56,240 nucleotides of DNA, filler included, from Perkinsus olseni (GCA_013115125.1; 2 parts of 2 records of this genome joined end to end with filler, not necessarily neighbours in it); one strand, 5' to 3'. Counted from the first letter of the whole stretch, positions 1-11,761 are shown. Notes: generated by a model not told the origin, from the sequence alone. Made by a program: numbers and translations.

Positions 1-1037
1 GGCACGAACTGGTCATTGATGAACCTTCCGGCATTAGCTTCTACAAGGATAGACTCCACCCTTCTGATATGGGCGGTGACTCTGAAGATATCCCTTAGGC
101 CACTGATACTGAGCTTCCCTACGGTACCGGCATCACAGAACGGTTTACCCGTCGCCGCAGCAGCTGTTCTCTGTTGCGAACGACCACGCTCCATGTGCAT
201 CTGGTACTCTTGTCCCTGATCGCGAGCACACCTAGCCGCCTCGGATATCGAATCTTCCGGGCGAAGGTTGACCATTTCCACCGGCTGGCCGAGAGGCAGA
301 ATGGAGCCTGCTTCTCGACCTGTTGAGACTCGGGATCGTGATGCCAAGTCGAATCTCTCAACCTCATGGTGGGTGGATCGAACAGGCGCTTGAACAGGTG
401 GAGGCTGTGACGGGGTGATTCGAAGGAAACCCTGGTTAAGCTCCTGGTGGGTGTGCAGAACTGGCAGAGGTGCATTGGTGGATGAGTGAACATGCTCTTG
501 TTGCTGGCTCTCGAATAACATGGCTCGTGGACTAACCCTTCCACTGATCAATGATCGCTGATCACCCTCGGAACCTATGTCGAATCGCAATTGCGCTCGA
601 CTTGACGCCCCTGATCGCGATCCTCCCGCGCGAGCAATCTCGCGCGAATTACGCTCGTTGAGCTGGTCGTACCTCATTTCCAGCGCAAGAACATACGCGC
701 CTGCCTCAGCCAAGGCCTCTCGCCACTGATCTACCTCTTCGCCGAGCTTAGCCACCAACGCCTCATCGTCCCCGTCAGTGATAATGATGTTATCAGCCTG
801 CTCTTCAAGGCGTTTGATCTGTCCGCGGATCCGGCCTTTACGAATTCTGGCCTTCCTGAGCTCACTCGCCAGAGACTTCGTTGACTCGAAAGCCTCGGCG
901 GACTCGATCCACGACTGCCGAAGTTGAACTGGCACCTGACTCTGTGCCCCACCGTCGGCAACTGCGATTGACGTTTGCTGAACCTCGCCGTTGATGAGCT
1001 TGTCCTGGAGGTGTTCGGAAGGTGGAGGTGTCGCCAT
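1..1037 (-). CDS. Gag-like ORF of an LTR retrotransposon, running off the left edge of the window
   Basis: Hand translation from the ATG at 1037 gives 345 codons without a stop (MATPPPSEHLQDKLING...ELRKARIRKGRIRGQIKRLEEQ...RRVESILVEANAGRFINDQFV). It is absent from the ORF track because there is no stop in the window. It is intronless, has a coiled-coil N-terminus and starts at an LTR/PBS junction. The Gag assignment comes from context, not a recognised motif. Confidence 0.6.
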   Translation of the reverse strand, partial: MATPPPSEHLQDKLINGEVQQTSIAVADGGAQSQVPVQLRQSWIESAEAFESTKSLASELRKARIRKGRIRGQIKRLEEQADNIIITDGDDEALVAKLGEEVDQWREALAEAGAYVLALEMRYDQLNERNSREIARAGGSRSGASSRAQLRFDIGSEGDQRSLISGRVSPRAMLFESQQQEHVHSSTNAPLPVLHTHQELNQGFLRITPSQPPPVQAPVRSTHHEVERFDLASRSRVSTGREAGSILPLGQPVEMVNLRPEDSISEAARCARDQGQEYQMHMERGRSQQRTAAAATGKPFCDAGTVGKLSISGLRDIFRVTAHIRRVESILVEANAGRFINDQFV

Positions 1038-1193
1038 GATGTAACACTTTAACCAAACGAGCCGATTGGCGCAAAATACTAACTCTTACTAAAAACAGGG
1101 CAATCGTGCAAGAGCATGGTGAACAGCGATCAACTCAACCGCAGATCATCACGTTAATTAACTATCGCTCGCCCTTTAACACAATCCTCATCA
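1037..1193 (-). mobile_element. 5' LTR (157 bp) followed by a putative primer-binding site
   Basis: The minus strand begins TGATG (1193) and ends CATCA (1037), a 5-bp terminal inverted repeat with TG..CA ends. It is followed directly by TGGCGACACC (PBS-like). Homology of the neighbouring gene to its paralogs stops at 1193. Confidence 0.7.
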
Positions 1194-1747
1194 GAGGAAA
1201 CACTTCCCCGATAGGCATTCAGTCGGGCCCAGTGGTGATGCTGGGCAACTCCCGACAGAACCTCCTAAGGCTCTGATACCTCCAGCCTGACCCAAGGCCC
1301 TTCTGCCACATGATGGGGCGCAGACATCCGCAACGAGTTTTCCACCATTCTGAGTCAACCGGTAGGTTGAGTGAATTCAAGAGGGAGTGTTCAACAGTTA
1401 CGAGGCCTCCGACGGGTTCTTCGCCTCCCTGGCAGTAGCAGTTGAGGAGTATCTCCCCACTTGCTCCACTGGGCGTACACTTACCAATGGGGCGCTCGTA
1501 AAAGGGCCCTAGAATTCGTCATTCTAGTCAAACCATCGGAGAAACTATTCTTACCAGATCTATCCAAGTCCGTGAACTCGTCCGTATGATCTTGAGAGTG
1601 CCTGAATCTGACCGGAGGGGAATAACCTGACTGCTTAGGCAATAGTGATGCTTACGTGCTATGCCCTCTAGCTACTGACAAGATGCCTTCGTCCAGAGTA
1701 GAGCTGCCAATGGCAGCAGCAGCAATAACTGTAGCGAATCGGAGCAT
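1191..1747 (-). pseudogene. Cys-rich secreted protein family, copy 1, 3'-truncated by the LTR element
   Basis: Signal peptide MLRFATVIAAAAIGSS and the same introns as the paralogs. YERP..C..CYC..EEP and CAPSC..SCPASPLGPTECLSGKCFL are followed by a TGA supplied by the LTR. The last exon (GCP..VCMY) is missing. Confidence 0.75.
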
Positions 1748-2190
1748 TGGGGGGTATTGACTCAATACGATTGAGAATTGTTGCATCAATTGATGCGCAC
1801 GGTTCCCCCGGTTCTGCTTTACTGGCACGCGGACGCACAGTGCCCCGTGAACTTCGCGCACGCTTGGCGCCGAAGCCGATAGTGTCTCGTCAAGAAGAGT
1901 TATAATTACCTATATTGGTGGCATTGGTTCGGCTCCGTCACAAGAGAGCAACCGAGCAAACTGCCTGAAAATGCTGAAATGCTAAATCACATATTGCCTA
2001 CTGCGCTATATTCGTGCTCAATCAGTTAGTTTAGTAGGCACTGTCTCGGAGACAGTGTCTCCCTCTGTACATGCGTGGCGCACCGTGCAGGTGGTCTTCT
2101 GCGCTAGCGTGCTAGTGAAGGAGGAACTGCTTATCATGGGCCTTCCAGCCGGCCCAAGTTGAGTATTGAGCGTCTATAGCTCTCTAGTCT

Positions 2191-2900
2191 GTGGTAATCT
2201 TAGCTCAAGGTCTCAGTGTACATTTGGTTGATGCGTCTCTTCAGCTTTGTGACAAAGCTTGTCGACAAAGCCTTCGTCGGGTCGTGTTGACTCCAGTAGC
2301 CACCAAGAGGCACCGAACAGCATCTACCAGCCTGCAGAGTCTGAAGTCCACCAGAACAACGGCGAGAGCGGCAAGAACGCGTCTGGTTACCCGGCTTGCG
2401 GCCGAGCGTCTAGTTATTAGAGATCGAGAAACCGTGGGAGTCAGCGAAAACGATCCCGAGATACAAGTAGATCTGGAAGGGGAGGAGGCGCCCGAGGAGC
2501 AGTATGCTGACGCATGTGCCAAGGTCACACTCGGCGAACGAGCCTTAGTGCAAGCTCGTAGTCCTGAGCAACCTGATACACCTGAGTAGACTACTTGCGG
2601 ACTAAGTCCGCAAGAGACGAGGACTGACCCCATCACTTGGGAAGGGATTCGTTACGCCTTTAGCAGGGAGTGGCGCCTGAAGCTTAAGCTCTCAAAGAGC
2701 GATGAAGCCGAATACGATGGTCCCGAAGGTGTTCCTGCAAAGGCTGAGAGATAGATTCCGCTTTCGGAAGCACAGCGAGATGCCATCTCGGAGATGGTTC
2801 GCGTCATCTTTCACGAGGCTGGACTCGGCACTTAAGATGATCAGGGTAATTTCACCGCAGCAGTACCACAGACGACATTGCTGAGCAAGTACCTATAGAG
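2191..2900 (+). pseudogene. Degenerate Gag-like relic
   Basis: Stop-interrupted frame. ..EMVRVIFHEAGLGT*DDQGNF.. (~2790-2855) loosely resembles ..RRVESILVEANAGRFINDQF.. of the 1-1037 ORF. Confidence 0.3.
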
Positions 2901-4417
2901 CTCGCATCTCGTTAACAATTCTCCGCCACCGAGGTTCGAAAGGATAGTTTTCTATCAAAAGGAGCATTCACAGACGGAAATTTCGATTTTGGACCCTTTC
3001 ATGAGATCCAGTGACAAAGCTTCACTCCGAGTTGTTTCAATACCTCGGCATGTAAGACTTACATTTCACATTAAACTGACAGTATTGAGGCAGATGCGAG
3101 ATCTTGTTCCCGGAGGTACTCGTGGTAGGCCGGCTATGAAGACGGGGAAACTAATTGCGGCTCCATCTCCGAGAGTGGGTAGTAGGGGCGCTACTATTGA
3201 CCATCACTATGGACTTGTTGATCCATGTGACTACGTTTCTGTACCACCTCTCTTCTGCGCACTGCGGGAAGCGCTAGCGTTTCGTGGTCGTGCGCAGCCC
3301 CCGCAGCTGTGGACGCGGATTCTGCCAGGAGGAAAGGACGTTCCTGACGCTGACCTCGCTCTCAGAGCAACACTCTTCGGCTTGATGAACAGAGATTATT
3401 CAACAGGGCCTGTTGAACAGGCTGAACTAACCCCCTTCAGATGATACATCGGTGCTAGTCTAACTAAGCCTTGGATCGTTGGACTCTAAACTCACACGCA
3501 CCTTCCTTCCTCGCATGATAATCGAACCCTTCATAGCGCCGATTCCAGTGCAAGCTGTGATACTCGCCTCCATTCGTCAGGGAGCTGTATTGAGCTATCG
3601 GGCCATGCCAGCCGCTTTCTAATATTCTCATATTCCCATCATGACAGCTCGTATGCTCTTCATCCAAGTAGATACCAGCTTGCCTTCTTGTACCGAATTG
3701 CCTCATCCAGGTGTTCTCTCTTATGGTCAGCCTTCTGTTCTTAGTCAGTCGCGAGAAGGGGCAGATGAAGTCGCTGTAACGCATCGAAAACTTCCACCGA
3801 CCAGCCCGGGCATCAGCAATGCTGGTTCAGCATCACCGCTAGACTAGCGGAGTAGAGATGTGTGAAGCGCCCAGCTTGAGGAGGAGGGAAAGCTCAATAA
3901 TCTAGGGCCTATCAGCGTGAAAGTCCTAATGGAGACCTTTCAGCTTTGTATTTATCCAACGATAAGAGTCATAAGTGCTAACGTCGACTCGTGTAAGGGC
4001 AGAGCCTGAAGGCTCCACTACCAGTTGTTCACTCATCGGAATAGATACCCGCTGGGACAGCGAGCCAAACCAAAAGATTTCGTACTGTTCCCCGCTCGTT
4101 CACGTTGAAGAAGGTAAGCTACTCATCGACACCTTCTCCCATACACAGCGTATTGGCTGCACTTGTAACGCAAAGCTGGAAATGGAAACTACCAGCTTCG
4201 GAAGCTGAGCCAAAGCTGAGCTTCCGAGTTGAGAGACTATGTAACGGAAAGTGGAATAGAAAACAGATACGCAGTCTGACTAAAGGAATGGCTGCTGTCT
4301 ATGATGATGAGCAAGATAGAGGGAATGAGAACCTCCTTACGCTTGTCACACGGGGTGATGCCAGCTGAAGCCGGGAAATCTCGCCCAACATCAACAAGGG
4401 GGGCGCTGAAGCGACCC

Positions 4418-5096
4418 TCACTTCGGGTACATGCACACCGGGCCGAACTTCAGGAAGGAGAAACCTTTGGTACCCGCCGGACATCCCTGAAGGAAAGAGA
4501 TGAGACAGAATCGAATCAACCGTCAGGATATCATCCCTCACTGGCGTAGGTGAGAGGAAACACTTCCCCGATAGGCATTCAGTCGGACCCAGTGGTGATG
4601 CAGGGCAACTCCCGACAGAACCTCCTAGGGCTCTGATACCTCCGGCCTGTCCCAAGACCCTTCTGCCACATGATGGGGCGCAGACGTAGGAAAGGAGTCT
4701 TCTACCACTCTGAGGCAACCGCCAGGCTGAGTGAGATGGATGAATTGTTTCCGCAATTACGACGCCTCCGACGGGTTCTTCGCCTCCCTGGCAGCGACAG
4801 TCGAGGAGTATCTCCCCACTTGCTCCACTTGGTGTACATTCACCAACGGGGCGCTCGTCCAAGGAACCTACAGTTAAGTATCAAAATCGGGTGAGCGGCG
4901 AAACCGTCCTCACCATCGGGTCCACCCAAGCTTATGAACTCCTCCTCCGAACCTCCGAATCTGACGAGGATGGAATAATCCAAACTGAAGGGTTGTGATG
5001 CATACGTGCCGTGGCCTCTAGCGACAGACAAAACTCCTTTACCCTGGGCAGAGCTACCGACGATAACAACGGCGATAACCGGATGAAGCGGAGCAT
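4418..5096 (-). pseudogene. Cys-rich secreted protein family, copy 2 (5 exons, 1-bp deletion in the signal peptide)
   Basis: ATG at 5096. Alignment to copies 1 and 3 shows 'atc cg- gtt atc gcc', a frameshift after codon 5. The last exon is GCPAGTKGFSFLKFGPVCMYPK*, and all four GT-AG introns are present. Confidence 0.7.
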
Positions 5097-5768
5097 TGGG
5101 GGAGGCGTAGAAGGCGCAGCCAGCTGCGGAGTACGGCTCTGTTTATTAGTGCAAGCCAGCTTAGCTCGCTCGATGGCAGCTCAAGGGACGCTCGCAAAAG
5201 GCGAAGGTGGTAGTGTAACAAACCCAGGAGCGTTGCTCGCTGCATCAGCGCCCAAGTACGCATGTGGACGCCTCCTGAAACTCCACGTAAGCTGAGTCAC
5301 GTCATGCAGATACCTGCACGCCTACGCAAGACTCCGGAGAGGAGTCCTCCGAGATCTCGCACGGCTTGCCTCTCAGCTACGGCAACTCAGAAATACTTAG
5401 TGCAGCGCCCACCCTCACTATCGTATGTCGGTCTTCCCTCCTGAAAGACGGCGTTTGGCTCCGAGAATAAGATATCATGGACACCCGTCCGCCCCTTGCA
5501 CGAGTCACGGCTATGGTTACGTGACGTTGAGCTAGAGCTAGTTGCGTACGTGTGTTCAACAAACTTGGTTGCGGTCCCTCGTAAAGCGTTGCCCCGCCGT
5601 GTCGTGGTTCCAAGAGTTCGGACGAGCTGTACGACCTCCCCTCTCACCTAGCCGGAGCATTGCTTGCCCCGTCACCAGGGCTGAGTTACCTATATTGTGG
5701 TGAAAATGGAACGCGAACCGATTTAGTTAAGCGCAAGGCATACGCTCCAGTCCTAATTGCTCAAACCC

Positions 5769-6450
5769 ATGCTCCGCTTCGTCACTTTTTTTTGCAGCTG
5801 TCGCAGTCAGCAGCTTTGCTCAGGATGAAGCCATCCCGTCTGCCGTGCTGGAAGCGTACGTATCTTTGCTGCCCATGAGATCGAAGTCTCCCTCACAGGT
5901 CCAGGAATTTCAAAGAAGTGAAAGACGAAGCCGTTGAATCGACTGAGCTTGGCAGGGTCCCATCAGGTGAAGGTGGCTACACCGAGAATGGCCTTTCCGA
6001 GGTGGTTATTGGTCCCTCATATGAGCGGCCCACCGGCAAATGTCAGCCTGGGTACGGTGGGGTTTGGGGTTGTGCCTGCGAGGGAGATGAAGAAGCCTTC
6101 GGCGTTCTGGTAGGTCATGCACGCCTCTCTTGCAGACGACACGTGCGTGTTAGAACCAGCAGGGATATGTTCAAGCAGTCGTATGCACCCCGTATTGTGA
6201 TGACACAAGAGTCCGTAGAATCCTGAGGCAGGGGGCCCTGGAGGGGTCGGATGACGAGAGCTGCCCTGCGCCTAAGCACGACAAGGCTGAATGCATATCA
6301 GGGTTGTGTTTCATCGCAGCCGGGAAGGTGAGCGGAGAGGCCGGCTATAACGAATGCAAAGATGCTTTGCTGTCTCCTCAGGGGTGCCCGCCAGGGATGA
6401 GGGGTACCTCCGTCAAAGGACTCGGTGATGTGTGCATGTACTTCTATTAG
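5769..6450 (+). pseudogene. Cys-rich secreted protein family, copy A (frameshift in a T8 run, intron-2 acceptor lost)
   Basis: With T7 instead of T8 it would read MLRFVTFFAAVAVSSFAQDEA. Downstream exons are YERPTGKCQPGYGGVWGCACEGDEEAFGVL / NQQGYVQAVVCTPYCDD..SCPAPKHDKAECISGLCFI / GCPPGMRGTSVKGLGDVCMYFY*. Confidence 0.7.
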
Positions 6451-7163
6451 CGACCGCCCGGTTAGACGGGTGTCTCTTCGTTGACTCCACAGGGTCTGTA
6501 GGTTGTCGTTAGCTTCACTTTACTCGTCAAGACAGTCATCTCTCCGGAATTTTTATGTACTTCATCAAACCTGGCGTTCGTCGTCAGATCGGGTCAGCCA
6601 GTGGCCCTTTTCGATGCTCAACTTTGCGGCCTCGGCTGATCTCAGCTCGATAAGGAGATCCGTGGAGTTGTTGGGGTTAAATTTTAAGGTCTGCATCCCT
6701 CATACCGAGGTTGTAAAGGAATTGCATAATAGCTAGAACTTCTAGCCTACAGTAGAAGCAGCGAATCTGTACCTCGTCGCTTGCTGCGGAGGCTCTCGTC
6801 ACATGCAGATTTGACTGAGAGTAGTCATTCATCCGCAGAGACTGTCCGCATGTTTTCGATCCAAGCAGATATCAGCTTGCCTTGACGAACTGGCTCATGA
6901 AGTGGCTACCTCTGATGCTCACTTATTCTTGTAACGCAAAGCTGAAAATGGGAACTACCTAGCTCCTGAGTTGAGATACCATGATGGCAAGTTGAATAGA
7001 CAACAGATACGCAGTCTGACTAAAGGAATGACCACTATATGTGATGGTGAGCAAGATATAGAAAATTAGACCCTCCTGACCTCTGTTACACGACCCCGTT
7101 GAGGCCGGGGAAGCGCACCAAACACCGGTATTCGGGCCAACAGCAGGTGCTCTGAAGCGACCC

Positions 7164-7865
7164 TCACACCGTGTACATGCACACCTGCCCGAAGTTCGAC
7201 AAGGAGAAACTTTTCATGCCTGCCGGACATCCCTGAAGAAAATAGAAAAGACACAATCGAATCAACCGTCCTATCAATATTCGCTCACATTCTTAGGTGA
7301 GAGAAAACACTTCCCTGATAGGCATTCAGTCGGGCCCAGTGGTGATGCAGGGCAACTCCCGACAGAACCTCCTAGGGCTCTGACACCTCTGGCCTGTCCC
7401 AAGACCCTCCTGCTACATGATGGGGCACAGACGTACGAATGTAGTGTAAGTCCGATCTGAGGAAATCCTGAAGCTGAGTGCAAAGAAAGGACATGCTGAG
7501 CAATCACCGCGCCTGGGATGGGTTCTTCGCCTGCCTGGCAGTGACAGTCGAGGAGAATCGACCCACTTGGCCCCACTTTCCCACTGGGTCTACATTCACC
7601 TTTGGGGCGCTCGTACAAGGGTCCTACAATTCGTCATACTAGTCAAACCATCGGAGGACCTATCCCCACCAGATCCGTTCAAGCTCGTGAGCTCCTCCAT
7701 CGTATGATTTTCAGGGTGCCCGAATCTGACCGGAGGGGGATAGTCCGACTAACTATACTACAGCGATGCTTACGTGCCGTGCCCTCTAGCTACTGGCAAG
7801 ACGCCTTCGCCCTGAGTAGAAGCGCTGATGGCAACAATGGCAATAACAGTAGCGATTCGGAGCAT
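7164..7865 (-). CDS. Cys-rich secreted protein family, copy 3 (apparently intact, 5 exons, 10 Cys)
   Basis: MLRIATVIAIVAISASTQG / FGHPENHTMEELTSLNGS / GPLYERPKGECRP..DCHCQAGEEP / ..VCAPSCS..GSCPASPLGPTECLSGKCFLSPKN / GCPAGMKSFSLSNFGQVCMYTV*. All introns are GT-AG and phase-compatible. Confidence 0.8.
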
Positions 7866-8679
7866 GGGGGAGGGTGTGAACGAGATCGATCGACTGCCTT
7901 AAGTGTGGTGGATCCAGTCGAGGACTTCTAGTATCAAGTTCGAGCCCGAGTGCATAGAAGGACATCTGGGCTATAACCAAGTACAGAGTGGCTATTTGAG
8001 ACGAGTATCAAAGGGCGCTAAGACCAGTCTAATAATAATAGGGAATAGGGGAGTTGAGCGATAATGTGATCTCTACCATGACCTGTAGCTGAATGTAGCA
8101 CGTGTACTCCTGCACGCGGGTGCAAGGCGCATAATGGCGCCAGGTTAGACGGGTGTCCAAGCCAAACTATACACAGTAGCAGTAAGGGTAAGTGCAGCGA
8201 CGATGGTGTAAGAGCTGAGCAGTACTTTGCCGGCTGGCAGCTGTTACATAACGTATAGTTGTCACTATGCTCTCAATATCGTGCACATCGCTGAGGCGCG
8301 GCGTATACTCAGTCACGTCACGCATTCGTCTGCACCCCTACGCTGTGGTCGGGACTTGAATGCCGTGTAAGCTGTATGACCTGCCCTTCAATTCTGGCGG
8401 CTTGCTGAAGCCCTGTCACGGCCTTCTTATCACCACTATTGTATGGCAATTTCCGCCTTAGAGGGACATGTCTTGATGAATAAGAAATGATGAACCTCCT
8501 TCCGTCCCTTGTGCATCACGTGACGCGGCGTTGAGCTGAAGCTACTTGCTCACGTCTCTCAGCTAGCTGATCTCGTCGTTTAGCCGTCTGTCTCTGACTT
8601 CTAGATTGACTCTCTCTTTCGAGCCACCCACAGTATCGCTTCCTTGAACTTCATGCGGAGTCCGTGGAGTGCTCATTCA

Positions 8680-9361
8680 ATGCTTCAACTCGCCGCTCTT
8701 GTTGCAGCCGTTGCAGGAGTCAGAAGCTCCGTCCAGACCGGAGTCTCCTTGCCTGCTAGCGGACCGCTGGAGAGGAACGTACCCATTACTTCGGACGTAC
8801 TCCCTTTGATCAAGCTCACGAAGCCCAGGGAATTGAGAGACGAAGTCGTGAACTCGACTGAGGCTGGTAGAGTCCTCTCAGGTGACGTTCCTCCTCCCAG
8901 TTGTGATTGCAGGTCCCCCATATGAACGCCCAACTGGTGACTGTAAGCCCGCGTACGGTGGGGTCTGGGGCTGCGCCTGTACAGGAGACGAAGAAGCCTT
9001 TGGGGTTCTGGTGGGCCATCGTGCTCCTCTTCCTGCCTAAGTGGTGACGCTTGTTAGAACAAACAAGGGTATTTGGAGGCGGTCGTATGCGCGCCGTACT
9101 GTGACGACAGAAGAGTTCGTAGAACTCTGAGGCAATCGACTAAGAGGGCCTTAGGGGGGTCGTCTGTTCCCGAAAGCTGCCCCGTGCCCCACCACGGCAG
9201 GGCTGAATGCTTATCTGGGCTGTGCTTCATCGCATTGGAGGGGGTGAGGGGAAAGCCTGGCCACTATGAACATGGAATTGTTTCCTTTTCAGGGGTGTCC
9301 GCCGGGTATGAAGGGTGCTGCCGTCCAAGGACTCGGTAAAGTGTGTATGTACTTTTATTAA
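8680..9361 (+). CDS. Cys-rich secreted protein family, copy B (apparently intact)
   Basis: MLQLAALVAAVAGVRSS signal peptide, then YERPTGDCKPAYGGVWGCACTGDEEAFGVL / NKQGYLEAVVCAPYCDD..ESCPVPHHGRAECLSGLCFIALEG / GCPPGMKGAAVQGLGKVCMYFY*. Confidence 0.8.
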
Positions 9362-10492
9362 GGACTGTGCAGGCCGACGGGTCTCTCTAAATACCCTCGG
9401 CCCGGCTATCGATATCTCGCTGAGCATCATGCTCATACTTCCCACTCAGTCGCAGCAGTACTTGCATAGTCTACGAAGTACCAAGTATCTTCCTTCATTC
9501 GTCAACACAAGGAATAGTCATTCCACTAGGATTTTTGTGTCCTCATCCGCCCTGGCATCCTGAGTATTCACAGTCAGATCGCTCAGCCAGTATTCTTTTC
9601 GATTCCTAGCTTTGCGTTACCAGTCAACTTCTCAATATGGGGGAGAGAGGTCGTGGAGGCCTCAGGCTCGAATCGCAGCACTTGCTCTCGTACTCTGAAG
9701 AGGTCCAATACGGTAAAGCCTTCGACATCTGCGCACTCTCTATAGCCTCACATTGAGGTCTCACTGTATCATTCAATAACCCTTCCCCATACTTGGTCTG
9801 TCGATATTAATGCGCTACTAGCTCAAATAACCGTTGTCACCAGAGTGCAAACGGATGTCGCTATCCGGGACTGTGAGAGCCGCTCTCGAACGACAGTCTG
9901 CGTGAACACCTACAAATCTTGGACACTCGAACACAGGTGTTGGAAACTCTTCGAGGCATGGGATTTTTTTAACCAACTATGAACTGGGGGAGTCTAATAA
10001 CCCCATGGAGGCCATGGGAGCCATTGGACGATGGCCTGAAGCGCCCTTACAGTCACCACTAGTTCACTCCTAATTCTGTCCACTTCAACCACACTTGGGC
10101 TTCGTGGGGTCTTTACGCGTCCCGGGGAGTCACCATCAATCCGTATCGTCCATGCGCCCCGGGTATATCTTTCATAGTGTTCGGTACGGATGAGTTTGTA
10201 ACCTTCTCACATTAAGAGAGCGTGTTTAGGATGCTATAGGTTCTTCTATGAATGTCAATGGGGCCGGACTTCATACTAGAGGTACGCCTGACCACCGAGA
10301 TGATGAGTTTTCCCTCGTCCGCATTCCCATGGGGCCTCAGTAGCCCTCGGCCTAGTTTTCCTCTGACTATAACACTACGCAAGAGGATGTGCCGAGGACA
10401 AACGCCACTGATGATACTCTCAGCACATGATGATCAAACTAAGAATTGGACATGATAAGAATAATAACGGCGTATTAGAACCCATGAGAGCC

Positions 10493-11685
10493 TCACGCGA
10501 ACGACTTCACCACTGAGGTGTTGATCGCGTCAACGAGTAGCAGAACTAACATCGCATGGGGAGCAATACGAGTGTAGTAGGTCGGGAAGCCCGAATAGAA
10601 AGCTAGTGGACCTTCCTCACGGAGAACCTAACAAATATACCGTGACAGAGAATCGAACCGGAGACCTCCTGTACCTTGGCAAAACAGTTGAGAGTACCGG
10701 TGTAGGGCATGACCCCATTAGCATCCGGTCTCATTTTCTGAATTCTTGTCTTTACAAAATCAAATGGCAGGGACATAACCGATGCCCCAAAGCCCGAGCA
10801 TGCGGATGCTGTTAGTGTAGCCCCCCATCCAGGGCCCATGAGGTGGCTGAAATATTCCTTACCCTGAGAGGAGCGACATCACGAAGGCATAATAGTAAGA
10901 ACAGCACGCCGTGCTGAGCACGGTTACCTGGTCAAAGGTTGCCAGCATTCCGACATTGAGAGCCATGGCCCGCGTGACGGTGGGAAGAGACCCTTTCCAC
11001 AGACCAGTCACCCCCTCTGCTTTAACAATCTGGCTCATGGCGTCAAAAACCCCCTTGTAATTACGACGCTCGGCTGGGGGGAGGGTGGCGTCGGCCTGAA
11101 CAGCGATAATAACCGACAATGTAGATGGCTGTGCTCACCTGCAGACGAACCAGCGAGAGGTCCGCCGGGGTGCCCACGAATGCTCCCACTCCACCGGCGA
11201 ACCTAAAGGAAGGTCAGCAACTCGAGGACGTTGTGGCGGCGTTACAGTCCAGCGACGCCCTTCTTCCAGAAGGGCAGGGTCTTCTCATGAGGCGACTGCA
11301 ACGCCATCGACGTGAGACGAAACACCCCCAACCTAGTGGTAGTGTAAGTGAGCTGCCGGACTATACCCGCATCCAGGCCCTGAGGTGAGTCCAGCGCGAA
11401 GAGGAGAAGAAGAGAGAGCTACTTTGTAGAGGCTGAGAAAGCCTTCGTTGGCTATGATGTTCCGAGCGATGACCACAGGGCTGCGGGTTGCGCCAGCCTC
11501 GGCTATTTGGATCCGTACCTGTGGCCCTCAGTGATGATAGTCAAGATCAGGTTGTTTACTTTTATCATGTCAACGGGTTGAATGACGCAGGTCGCCAAAG
11601 ACCCAGCAAGACCTCCCGCCGCGAAGGGTTGGGTTATTTTCAACCACTGCGGACGATTGTCCTTAAACCCAGGAGGAAGAGTCAT
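10493..11685 (-). CDS. Mitochondrial 2-oxoglutarate/malate (dicarboxylate/tricarboxylate) carrier, SLC25 family, multi-exon
   Basis: Three carrier repeats with PxD/ExxK/R signatures: QPFAAGGLAGSLATCVIQPVDMIK; GTPADLSLVRLQADATLPPAERRNYKGVFDA..GLWKGSLPTVTRAMALNVGMLATFDQ; SLPFDFVKTRIQKM..FYSGFPTYYTRIAPH. Confidence 0.93.
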
Positions 11686-11761
11686 CACACTACCGAAGCT
11701 GGACACTACTGAGCCATGGCCGTCACGAACAAAATCAACACAACACCGTTCACCGATGCGA

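Noticed and set aside
119-1074. Listed ORFs 119..544, 731..961 and 862..1074 as genes
   Set aside because: They are alternative frames overlapping the longer open frame 1037->1.
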